Source: an uncultured Planctomycetota bacterium (GTDB taxonomy: Bacteria; Planctomycetota; Planctomycetia; Isosphaerales; Isosphaeraceae). From it: a stretch of DNA of 64,000 nucleotides. The stretch lies in contig CAVTTN010000002.1 of assembly GCA_963737655.1 (NCBI GenBank), forward strand, positions 704,001 through 768,000. Direction: 5' to 3'. The position numbers and the translations under genes are program-made. The notes under the pieces were generated by a model that had not been told where the DNA came from, made no database searches, and worked only from the letters and a program-made list of their open reading frames with translations. The first letter of the stretch is position 1. The number at the start of each line of letters is the position of its first letter. Shown here one piece after another: positions 1 through 9,237 of the stretch.

Positions 1-1377
1 CGGCGAGTACACGTCCTCGCGATCGGTGATCCAGAAGTGATAGAACGGCAGATTGATCGGCGGGCCGGCGTTGGTGCTGGCCGAGAGCTGCGCGACCTGG
101 CCGTTGGGCGAGATCATCACGTCCACCGAATGCGAGTAGATGTCGTACGGCAGCTTCGACCGCTCGGAGGTCTGCGGGGCGTTGACGTTCAGGGTGGTCA
201 GGTCGATCACCGTCCCGGCCGGGAGGTCCAGGGCCCGGGCCCCCTCGCTCGGAACCGGCCTCCGGGCCACGGTGTAGCCGAGCTGGACGATGCCTTGCCT
301 GGTCGTGATGAACTTCTCCTGCTCGAACTCCCCGGAGATGTTCGAGCCGATGGTGACCATCCCTCCTCCGCCGTCGGGCAGGCCGAACGGGTTGCCCGGG
401 TAGACGTACCGGGGCATCCCCCCGGGGCCGTTGTCGTGGAGGTAGAGCTCCTTCTGGTCGTCGATGAACCCATCGTTGTCGTCGTCGATCCCGTTGAACC
501 CGGGGTCGATGATGCCGTCGCCGTCGTTGTCGATCCCGTCGAACCCCTCGTCGATGAAGCCGTCGCCGTCGTCGTCGACCCCATTCATGAGGAACAGGAA
601 CTCGAAGGAGACCTGGTAGGGGTCGGGCGTCACGACGTAGCCGTTGCCGAAGGAGATCATCCGCTCGGGGTTCGCCGCCGGGCTGCCCGGGGTGGAGACC
701 GACGACCCGGGCGTGACGGCCACGCCCGGGTTGACGATCGGCCCGGCGATCGTGTAGGGGCGGCCGGAGTCGCTCAGGCGGAGCTTGTCCCCCTGGCGGA
801 GGTTGAAGAACCAGGCCGTCGGCGGGTTCGGCAGGTAGACCGTCGTCGTGCCCATGCCGGTGGGGATCACCACGGTCGTGGTCTTGACCTGGCGGAGGAC
901 CAGGTACGGATAATTCGCCGGGTGGGTCTCGGTCTGGTTGTATTGCGGCAGGCTGATCGGCGGCCGATAGTCCTGGGGGGGCGGGGGCGAGCCCGTCCCG
1001 GGATAGGCGATCCAGTTGGCCGGGATGTCGAAATACTGCGCGATCACGCCGTCGCTGTATTCCGGGCCGGGCTCGATCTCGATCAGGCGGCTGCAGGTGG
1101 CGGCCCCCGGCTGGGTCGGATCGACCGGGTCGATCAGCAGGCGGATGCCGTGCGGCTGGTTGGTCCTCACGGCGTTGTCTCGCGACCTCGACAGCGACGC
1201 CTGGAGGAGCCGAGACGCCTCGCTGACCCTCCGGGAGTGGTACGCCGGCAGGATCGCCGCGAGCGTCGTCGCGGCCAGGAGCACCACGATCAACATCACG
1301 ACGAGCAGCTCGACGAGCGTGAACCCGGCGCGGGCCGGGGCGGGACGGGAGGCCGTCCGTCGGGTCCTCGGGCTCAT
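1..1377 (-). CDS. Large prepilin-type N-terminal cleavage/methylation protein (3' end runs off the window)
   Basis: Hand translation from ATG 1377, which overlaps the upstream TGA: MSPRTRRTASRPAPARAG|FTLVELLVVMLIVVLLAA, a class III signal. It contains tandem DxDGDG motifs. Absent from the ORF track because no stop lies in the window. Confidence 0.85.
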   Translation of the reverse strand, partial: MSPRTRRTASRPAPARAGFTLVELLVVMLIVVLLAATTLAAILPAYHSRRVSEASRLLQASLSRSRDNAVRTNQPHGIRLLIDPVDPTQPGAATCSRLIEIEPGPEYSDGVIAQYFDIPANWIAYPGTGSPPPPQDYRPPISLPQYNQTETHPANYPYLVLRQVKTTTVVIPTGMGTTTVYLPNPPTAWFFNLRQGDKLRLSDSGRPYTIAGPIVNPGVAVTPGSSVSTPGSPAANPERMISFGNGYVVTPDPYQVSFEFLFLMNGVDDDGDGFIDEGFDGIDNDGDGIIDPGFNGIDDDNDGFIDDQKELYLHDNGPGGMPRYVYPGNPFGLPDGGGGMVTIGSNISGEFEQEKFITTRQGIVQLGYTVARRPVPSEGARALDLPAGTVIDLTTLNVNAPQTSERSKLPYDIYSHSVDVMISPNGQVAQLSASTNAGPPINLPFYHFWITDREDVYSP

Positions 1378-2994
1378 TGGATCACTCCGGGTCGGGCGTT
1401 GGTGTTCTGGTTGTCGATGTCGTCGTCGCCGGGCGAGGTGTGGTTGCTCACCGTCGGGTCGGCCGCGAGGTCCGGGTCCCACAGCGCGGCCCGCCCCTCG
1501 GAGGGCATCGCCGAGGTGCTCGGGAAGAACACGTTGGGCTGGCCCGCCAGGATCGCCGCCGAGGTCTGCTCGGCCGTCTGGCCGGCGATCGTCGGGTCGG
1601 TCAGCAGGAAGTAGCCCGGAATCCGGTCGGGCCCCGACGAGGTGATCAGGAACTTGCAGAAGAAGGCCCGCTCGGCGTAGAACGCGCTCGCGGTCGGGTT
1701 GCTCGATCGCTCCCACAACTGCCCCTGGACGGGCGACGGGGCCGTCGGGTCGGACAGCGTGACGGCGTAGAAGTCCTCGGAGAGCCCGGTGAAGTACGAC
1801 TGGACCGACTGGGCCTTCGCCGACATCGCCGGGGCGTTCGACGGGTCGCCCCACCAGGACAGCGAGGTCAACTGCCGATTCGGGTCCAGCGAGTTGGTCT
1901 GCCTGGTCTCGCTCATCCCGGAGTAGAAGTCCACGCCCTGCTGCAAGGGGGAGGAGTGATAGATCGGCCATCGGAAGAACTGGAGCGGCTCGCCCCAGCC
2001 GTCCACGAACTCGGGGACGCCGTCGTTATCGGTGTCCTTGACCTCGTTGCCCGTGAAGTCCTCCCGGCTGAAGGTGCTCCCCAGCGGCCCCTTGCCGTTG
2101 ACGAGCAGGGCGTAGAGCATCTCCGAGCGCGCGGTCTTGTGCCGGTGGTTCTGGAGGAAGGTGTTGATGTTGGCCACGGCCTGGGGGTTCTGACCCTGGC
2201 TGCCGGAGGCCCCGCTCGGGTTGGCCGTGCCCTCGGCGTAGTCGTCCACGAAGCCGTTGTTGTCGTTGTCCACGCCGTCGTAGCCCAGGGGGGTGTAGCC
2301 GATCAGCTGGAACAGGCTGGCGGCGGCGTTGTAGCTGGCCCCCCGGATGCCCGTGCCCACCCCGCCGATCCCCGCACCGGGGCCGACGTTGTTGTTGCCG
2401 TCGCCGTCGGGGTCGAGGTCCACGGGCGAGTACGGCGGCTGGTGGTTGGCCGGCGTGTAGCCCGGCCCCACGGAGTTGCCCAGGGGCAGGACGTAGCTCG
2501 CCGGAGACCCGGAGAAATCGCCGAGGTTGGACGTGATCGGCGGCCCGGGGTAGGGCAATCCGCAGAAGTCCAGGGGATAGAACCCCTGGGGAGAACCCCC
2601 GGGGCTGAAGTTCGGGTCGATGAAGAAGACGTCGGGCAACTCGGCCTTGATCTGGTCGAGCCGGGCGATCACCTGGGCCCTCTGGTCGCTCTGGAGGCCC
2701 CAGGGCAGGTAAGTCGACCCCGCCGGGAACCCGTTCGGGTTGATCGACGCGAGGAACCGGTGGGACCCGTTGGGCACGACCTGGAGCGACAGGATTGACT
2801 CCAGGCGGTCCTCGACGGCCACGTTCAGCTTGGTGATCAACGACTGGGTCGCCCGGGTCCGGGCCTGCTCCAGCCCCTGGAACGACACCATCAGGACGAA
2901 CGCGATCAGGATGCCGATGATCGCGATCACGATCGAGAGTTCGATCAAGGTGAACCCGGAGGGGCTCAACTCGGCGGTTCGGGGTCGTCCTCAT
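1374..2994 (-). CDS. Large prepilin-type (pseudopilin-like) protein, ~535 aa
   Basis: G|FTLIELSIVIAIIGIL motif and a late DGWGEPLQFFRWP segment. The RBS-preceded ATG at 2994 (MRTTPNRR) is out of frame with the body by one base, so either an indel or a start at TTG 2969. Confidence 0.85.
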
Positions 2995-3089
2995 GGCGTC
3001 GCGTCCCTCTTCGGGGCGGGGTCGGGTGGAACGGGTCGGGTCCGGGGCGATCGATCGATCGATCGACAAACCAGCTCGGCGGGCGGCCG

Positions 3090-4331
3090 TCAATCCAGTC
3101 GAGACTGGCTGAAGCTGGTGATGTTGTCGCTCTCCCGGCTCCGCAGGCCCTGGGGCACGGCGAAGAGGGTGCCGAACGTCGTGAAGTAGTCGGGCAGGGG
3201 CGTCTGCGACCCGGCCTGGTACTGCCCTCCGGCGCCGAAGTAGCGGTCGCCCCCGGCGGAGATGATCTGGAAGCTCGACGCGTTGATGTACGACGCCGGC
3301 TGGTTCGGGTCGAACGCGCTGGCGCCGCTGACCGGGGTGGGCAGGCTGGACGTGTACGGGTTGGGCGCCGGCGAATACGTGGTGGCGTTCGGCGTGCTGG
3401 CCGGGACCAGCGGCGAGCCGATCCGGAAGTACGTGCCGACGGTGTTCCCCGAGTCGTCGAGCTCGGCCCCGTTGCAGTCGTTCGGGTCGTAGCCCACGCC
3501 GGGGTAGGCGGCGAAGTAGGCGTAGAACCGGGAGTCGGCCCCGGTTCCCTGGGTGTCGATGTAGCCCGGGATGCCGTCGCCGTCGTCGTCGAGCAGCCGG
3601 TTGGGCTGGAACTCGTACAGCGGGTTGGTCCGGTTGGTCGAGGCGATGGCATTGGTGAAGACGAACTGCGGGTGCCGCCCGAAGCCCGACATCCCGTAGC
3701 TGATCGAGCCGTCGGCGTTGGCCGTCGGGCTCGGGATGCCGCCGAGGAAGAACACCAGGCACTCATATCCTTCCAGAAGGATGAAGCCCGGATCCTGGTT
3801 GGCGTTGCCGTTGTAGTCCGGCCAGTAGGTCGTCGTCCCGTTGACGACCACGGGCCCGAGGAACCCCCTCGGGAAGTACCGCCTCAGGGCCCGGAGCGAG
3901 CGATTGGCCAGCTCGCCGAACGAGATGTCCGGCGTCCCGAAGTTCGTCGCCGGGAGGGAGCCGGTGGTCCCCCCGCCGAGATACCAGCTGCTCACCCCGG
4001 AGAGGCTCGTGGAGAAGTCGCCGGAGACCGGGATGTTCACCCCTCCGTTGCTGATCGTCACGCTGGACTGGGCGCTGTAGTTGCCCGTCTCGCTCAGGAC
4101 CACGCGGCTGGGCGGGTACTCGCCATAGGTGTTCTTGAACGAGGCCAGGCCCGAGGCGAGCGTCTGGATGTCGGCGCTGATCCTCGCCTCGTTCGCCTTG
4201 CGGATCGCGCCGACGATCACCGGCAGGAGCAGGGCGACGAGGATGCCGATGATCACGATCACGACCATCAGCTCCACCAGGGTGAAGCCGGGCCGGCGGC
4301 GGCGGGGGATTCTCCGTCTCGAGAGCTGCAT
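3090..4331 (-). CDS. GspG/PulG-like pilin/pseudopilin
   Basis: AGGAGG then ATG 4331; MQLSRRRIPRRRRPG|FTLVELMVVIVIIGIL; FKNTYGEYP; C-terminal FQIISAGGD...DNI typical of GspG-like proteins. Confidence 0.88.
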   Translation of the reverse strand: MQLSRRRIPRRRRPGFTLVELMVVIVIIGILVALLLPVIVGAIRKANEARISADIQTLASGLASFKNTYGEYPPSRVVLSETGNYSAQSSVTISNGGVNIPVSGDFSTSLSGVSSWYLGGGTTGSLPATNFGTPDISFGELANRSLRALRRYFPRGFLGPVVVNGTTTYWPDYNGNANQDPGFILLEGYECLVFFLGGIPSPTANADGSISYGMSGFGRHPQFVFTNAIASTNRTNPLYEFQPNRLLDDDGDGIPGYIDTQGTGADSRFYAYFAAYPGVGYDPNDCNGAELDDSGNTVGTYFRIGSPLVPASTPNATTYSPAPNPYTSSLPTPVSGASAFDPNQPASYINASSFQIISAGGDRYFGAGGQYQAGSQTPLPDYFTTFGTLFAVPQGLRSRESDNITSFSQSRLD

Positions 4332-4490
4332 CGGCCGGGCCTCCTGAGCGAGCGGGTCGATCGGTCGGATACGCATTCGGGGAACTTGACTTCAGGGCGC
4401 ACCGGGGGCGGGGGCCGACATCGGCGGCCCTCACGCCCGGACGAGACGAGAGGATCGTTCACGCGAACATTTTCGCGATCGGGCCCGCGA

Positions 4491-5753
4491 TCAGCCCGAA
4501 AGCTTGCTGATGAGCTGGATCAAGGGCAGGAACAGGGCGATGACGATGAACCCGATGATCCCGCCGAGGACGACGATCATGATCGGCTCCAGCAGGCTCA
4601 CGAGCGAGTCCACCAGCACCTCCACCTCTTCCTCGTAGTTGTCGGCGATCTTGTTGAGCATGGTGTCCAAATCGCCGGTTTCCTCGCCGACGTCGATCAT
4701 GTTCACGACGATGTCATCGACGATCCGCGACTCCCGGAGCGGCTGGGCGATCGTCTCGCCCTCGCGGATGCTCTCGTAGATCCTCTGGAACGCCCTCTCG
4801 AACACCGCGTTGCCGGCGGTGTCCTTGACGATGTTCAGCGACTCCAGGATCGGCACGCCCGACTGCACGAGCGTCCCCAGGGTCCTCATCGTCCGGGCCA
4901 CGGTGGACTTCTCGACGATCGTCCCCATGACCGGGATGAACAGCATCAATTTATCTAAAATATACGCGCCCGTCTTGTTCCGATACATGAGCTTGATGAA
5001 GACCCAGATCAGGAACGGGATCAGGATCACCAGCCAGAACTTCTGGACGACGACGTGGCTGGCCTTGATCAGGAAGATGGTCATCCCCGGCAGGTCCACG
5101 CCGAAGTCGGCGAAGATGGCCTCGAACTTGGGGATGATGAAGTAGAGGATGAAGCCGACGATCACCACGGCGACGAGGATCACGACGATCGGGTAGACCA
5201 TCGCGCCCTTGACGCGTCGCTTGAGGGTCTGGGCCTTCTCCTTGAAGTCGGCGAGCCTCTGGAGGATGGCCTCCAGGGCGCCGCCGGCCTCGCCGGCCTT
5301 GATCATGTTGCAGTAGAGCTTGTCGAACGCCTTGGGGTGCTTGGCGAAGGCTTCGGACAGGGTGGAGCCGCTCTCGATGTCCTCGACGACGTCCGCCAGC
5401 GAGTTCTTCAGGACGCCCGGCTTGCACTGGCCCTCGAGGATCTTGAGGCTCCGCAGCAGGGGCAGGCCGGCGTCCTGCAAGGTCGAGAGCTGGCGGGTGA
5501 ACAGGCACAATTGCTTGTTCGAGATCTTGCCGATCGTGAACGCCTTCTTCTTCTTCCGGCCGCCGGCCCCCTTCTTCGCCTGGGCGGGCCCCTTCTTCCC
5601 CTTGCCCGACTTGGCCGTCCGTTCGGCGATCTTCGTGACGAAGAACCCCTTCTGACGGATCAGTTGCTGGGCCTCCTCCTGGGTGGAGGCGTCGATGGTG
5701 TCCTTCACTTCCTTGCCGGTGTGGTCCATCGCCTCGAACTGAAACGTCGGCAT
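4491..5753 (-). CDS. pilC: Type IV pilus/T2SS inner-membrane platform protein PilC/GspF
   Basis: FTRQLSTLQDAGLPL, GEAGGALE..L.RLA, YP, GEETGDLD.ML motifs; three TM segments. Confidence 0.95.
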   Translation of the reverse strand: MPTFQFEAMDHTGKEVKDTIDASTQEEAQQLIRQKGFFVTKIAERTAKSGKGKKGPAQAKKGAGGRKKKKAFTIGKISNKQLCLFTRQLSTLQDAGLPLLRSLKILEGQCKPGVLKNSLADVVEDIESGSTLSEAFAKHPKAFDKLYCNMIKAGEAGGALEAILQRLADFKEKAQTLKRRVKGAMVYPIVVILVAVVIVGFILYFIIPKFEAIFADFGVDLPGMTIFLIKASHVVVQKFWLVILIPFLIWVFIKLMYRNKTGAYILDKLMLFIPVMGTIVEKSTVARTMRTLGTLVQSGVPILESLNIVKDTAGNAVFERAFQRIYESIREGETIAQPLRESRIVDDIVVNMIDVGEETGDLDTMLNKIADNYEEEVEVLVDSLVSLLEPIMIVVLGGIIGFIVIALFLPLIQLISKLSG

Positions 5754-5773
5754 CGGCTCGCTCCTTCGGAGCT

Positions 5774-5933
5774 TTCAGTGGTCAGTTGTCAGTTGTCAGT
5801 GGGGGAGTTGTCGGTTGTTCGTCGTCAGGAGGTCGCGCCCACATCGACGGGCCTTGGGTCTTGCCGGTCGCCCGGGGCCGAGAGCGTCGCCAGCCGTCAG
5901 CGTCTGACTGACAACTGAAAACTGACCACTGAA
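5774..5933. repeat. 27-bp inverted repeat built from 7-nt units (CAGTTGT-like)
   Basis: 5774-5800 ttcagtggtcagttgtcagttgtcagt and 5907-5933 actgacaactgaaaactgaccactgaa are reverse complements with one mismatch; intergenic between pilB and pilC. Confidence 0.9.
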
Positions 5934-5936
5934 CAC

Positions 5937-7658
5937 TCAAGCATCATCCAGCATGGTCTCGCGGACGATCTCCTCGATCGAGGTCAGGCCCGAGTGGATG
6001 CCCTCGAGGCCGGACTCGCGGAGGGTCTTCATCCCGAACTTGCGGCAGGACTCGCGGAACTCGTCGAGCGAGGCCTCGGCGACGACCATCTCGCGGAGCT
6101 TGTCGTTCATCACGATCAGCTCGAAGATGCCCATCCGGCCCTTGTAGCCGGTGTTGTTGCACTTCTCGCAGCCCCGGCCGTAGAAGAATTTCTTCTGCTG
6201 GGCCTGCTCGTGGGTCATCCCCAGCTCCATCGCGACCTCGGCGCTGGGGGTGAACTCCGTCTTGCAGTTCTGGCAGATCTTCCTCACGAGCCTCTGGGCG
6301 AGCACCGCCTCGACCGTGGCCGTGATCAGGAACGTGGGCACGCCCATGTCGCGGAGCCGGGTGACGGCGCTGGGGGCGTCGTTGGTGTGGAGGGTGGTGA
6401 AGACGATGTGGCCGGTCAGGCTCGCCTGGATCGCGATCTCGGCCGTCTCCAGGTCGCGGGTCTCGCCCACGAGGATCTTGTCCGGGTCCTGCCTCAGGAT
6501 GGCGCGAAGGCAGCTGGCGAACGTGACGCCGATCTCGGGATTGACCGGGATCTGGATCAGCCCCTCGATCTCGTACTCGACGGGCTCCTCGGTCGTGATG
6601 ATCTTCTCGGAGATCTCGTTCAGGAGGTTCAAGGTGGCGTAGAGGGTCGTCGTCTTGCCCGAGGAGGTCGGCCCGGTCACCAGGATCACGCCGTTGGGCT
6701 TGTAGATGACCTCCTTCCACCGCGAGAGGATGTCCTCGGGCATGCCGATCTTGTTCAGGTCGAGGTTCACGACCGTCCGGTCGAGGATCCGCAGGACCAC
6801 GCTCTCGCCGAACAGGGTGGGCAGCGTCGAGACCCGGATGTCCACCGTGTTGCCGCCGATGTTGAGCTGGATCCGGCCGTCCTGCGGCAATCGCCTCTCG
6901 GCGATGTCCAGGTTCGACATGACCTTGATCCGGCTGGAGATCGCCGGGGCGAGGTGCCGGGGGGGCGGGACGAGCTCGTAGAGCACGCCGTCCACCCGAT
7001 ACCGCATCTTGTACTCCTCCTCGAACGGCTCGAAGTGGATGTCCGAGGCCTTGTCCTTGATCGCCAGCAGGAGCACCATGTTCAGGAGCTTGCGGACCGG
7101 CGCGGCCTCGGCCATCTCCTCGATCGCTTCGAGGTCGATCGTGTTCTCGTTGCGGTGGGCGAACGCGGCGAGGCCCTTGTCCTTGACGATCTCCTCGACG
7201 ACGCTCTGGATCGACTCCTGCTTGCCCGCGTAGAGCTGCTCGATCTTCGCCAGGACGTCGCGCTCCGGCGCGATCACCCCCTTGACCTCCACGCCCAGGA
7301 ACGAGCGGAGGCTGTCCAGCGTGGCCGGGTTCTGGGGCTCGGCCATCGCCACCGTCACGCTCTTGTCCTTCTTCGCCACCGCCAGGGGGACCACCTTGAA
7401 CGCCTGGGCCATCGTCTCGTTGACCAGCTCGATCACCTCGGCCGGGATCGCCATGTCGGCGAGCTTCACCACCTTCATCCCCAGCTGGTCGCCGAGCGCC
7501 TTCATCACCTGGTCGTCGTTCACCAGCCCCAGGCGCACCGCCACCTTGCCGATCAGCTCGGTCCCGCCGGTGTTCTTCTGCTCCTCGATGACCTTCCAGA
7601 GGTCATCCTCGGACAGATAGCCCATCTCCACCAGGATCGTTCCGAGCCGACGCGCCAT
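5937..7658 (-). CDS. pilB: PilB/GspE assembly ATPase (copy 1)
   Basis: ASDIHFEP, PQDGRI, Walker A GPTSSGKTTT, LRQDPDKILVGETRD, TGHIVFTTLHTN, CxxC...CxxC zinc motif, RLG..L N-terminus. Confidence 0.93.
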   Translation of the reverse strand: MARRLGTILVEMGYLSEDDLWKVIEEQKNTGGTELIGKVAVRLGLVNDDQVMKALGDQLGMKVVKLADMAIPAEVIELVNETMAQAFKVVPLAVAKKDKSVTVAMAEPQNPATLDSLRSFLGVEVKGVIAPERDVLAKIEQLYAGKQESIQSVVEEIVKDKGLAAFAHRNENTIDLEAIEEMAEAAPVRKLLNMVLLLAIKDKASDIHFEPFEEEYKMRYRVDGVLYELVPPPRHLAPAISSRIKVMSNLDIAERRLPQDGRIQLNIGGNTVDIRVSTLPTLFGESVVLRILDRTVVNLDLNKIGMPEDILSRWKEVIYKPNGVILVTGPTSSGKTTTLYATLNLLNEISEKIITTEEPVEYEIEGLIQIPVNPEIGVTFASCLRAILRQDPDKILVGETRDLETAEIAIQASLTGHIVFTTLHTNDAPSAVTRLRDMGVPTFLITATVEAVLAQRLVRKICQNCKTEFTPSAEVAMELGMTHEQAQQKKFFYGRGCEKCNNTGYKGRMGIFELIVMNDKLREMVVAEASLDEFRESCRKFGMKTLRESGLEGIHSGLTSIEEIVRETMLDDA

Positions 7659-7793
7659 GATCGCGACCCTTGGTCTGGCCGGGAGAGGGGAAGGGACCGT
7701 CCCGGGAGAATGATCAGATGAGTTCAGGCCAAAACGTGAACAGCCCGCCCCCGGAGCCTACGCGGGCGATCGGCCCGCGTGACGCCCTTGGGG

Positions 7794-8903
7794 TCAATCC
7801 TCCTCCTCGGCCTCGTCGTCGTCCTCGAAGATCCCCTTCTTGGCCAGCTCGATCCGCTCCTTCAGCTCGGCGACCTTGCGGGCCTTGTAGAGGACCTCGT
7901 CCTCCTCCACCAGACCCTGCCTCCAGAGGTTGAAGAGCGAGTCGTCCAGGAGGATCATCCCGTGCTTCCGCCCGGTCTGGATCGAGCTGTCGATCCGGTA
8001 CGTCTTGTTCTCGCGGATCAGGTTGGAGATGGCCGGGGTGACGACGAGCATCTCGTACGCGGCCACCAGCCCCTTGGGCTTCCTCGGCAGCAGCGCCTGG
8101 GCCAGGATGCCGATGATCGCCACCGAGAGCTGGGTGCGGATCTGGTCCTGCTGCTCCTTGGGGAACACGTCGATGATCCGGTTGACCGTCCCCTCGGCCG
8201 AGTTCGTGTGGAGGGTGCCGAAGACGATGTGCCCGGTCTCGGCCGCGGTGATCGCCGCCGAGATCGTCGCCAGGTCCCGCATCTCGCCCACGAGGATGAT
8301 GTCCGGGTCCATCCGCAGGGCCCGCTTGATCGCCTCGGGGAAGTCCGGCACGTCGATCCCGATCTCCCGCTGGTTCACCAGGGACTTCTGGTGCTTGTGG
8401 TAATACTCGATCGGGTCCTCGATGGTGATGATGTGGCGGTCCATGTTGTTGTTGATCCAGTTGATCATGGACGCCAGGCTCGTCGTCTTGCCCGAACCCG
8501 TCGGCCCGGTCACGAGGATGAGCCCCCGGGGCCGCGTGATCAACTGCTCGATGACCGCCGGCAGCCCCAGCTGCTCGAACGTCAGGAATTCGTTGGGAAT
8601 CCTCCGAAGGACCAGCCCGATGTTGCCTCGTTGCTTGAACACCGCCACGCGGAACCGCGCCATGTCCCCGAAGGCGAACCCGAAGTCGGTCCCGCCGACC
8701 TCCTGGAGCTCCTGCTGACAGCGCTCGGGCGTGATGCTCTTCATCAGCGCCGAGGTATCCGCCGGCTCCAGGATCTTGGTCGCCAGGGGCCTCATGTGGC
8801 CGTGGAGCCGCAAGGTCGGCTGCGCGCCCACCGTCAGGTGGAGGTCGCTGGCCTTCTGGGTGACCGTCGTCTGCAACAGCTTGTCGATGAGGAGCGTGCC
8901 CAT
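7794..8903 (-). CDS. pilT: PilT retraction ATPase
   Basis: Start MGTLLIDKLL at 8903; ASDLHL, GPTGSGKTT, TIEDPIE, QREIG.D, LRMDPDIILVGEMRD, AISNLIRE (AIRNLIRE-like). Confidence 0.93.
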   Translation of the reverse strand: MGTLLIDKLLQTTVTQKASDLHLTVGAQPTLRLHGHMRPLATKILEPADTSALMKSITPERCQQELQEVGGTDFGFAFGDMARFRVAVFKQRGNIGLVLRRIPNEFLTFEQLGLPAVIEQLITRPRGLILVTGPTGSGKTTSLASMINWINNNMDRHIITIEDPIEYYHKHQKSLVNQREIGIDVPDFPEAIKRALRMDPDIILVGEMRDLATISAAITAAETGHIVFGTLHTNSAEGTVNRIIDVFPKEQQDQIRTQLSVAIIGILAQALLPRKPKGLVAAYEMLVVTPAISNLIRENKTYRIDSSIQTGRKHGMILLDDSLFNLWRQGLVEEDEVLYKARKVAELKERIELAKKGIFEDDDEAEEED

Positions 8904-9237
8904 GAAACTCCCTGTCCCCCGCGAAGGACCCTCGACACGGGAGCCGTCCGGGCCCCATCGTCCGAGGACTTGACTTTGTCTCGCAATCCAGATGTCCGGC
9001 CGAACGCAGCGGGGGAGATTTGAGTTACGACGAGAGGACGAGCGTCCCTGTCGCACTCGCATTATTCGGGCGGACTCTCCGAAGACAAGCGCCTTCTCGC
9101 CCGAACCTGCGCCCCCTCGGGACGTTTCACGCGGGCCGAGGGTCCCCACGGAGGCCCGCGACCCCCCGAGTTCGACCCAAAGACGCACGGGCCGAGGGGC
9201 GCCGGGAAGCCCCTCGGCCCGCGGTTGGGTCGCCGAC

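Noticed and set aside
4940..4975. dif-like Xer site in pilC
   Set aside because: Only partial resemblance to the XerD arm, no XerC arm at the right spacing, and it lies inside a coding sequence.
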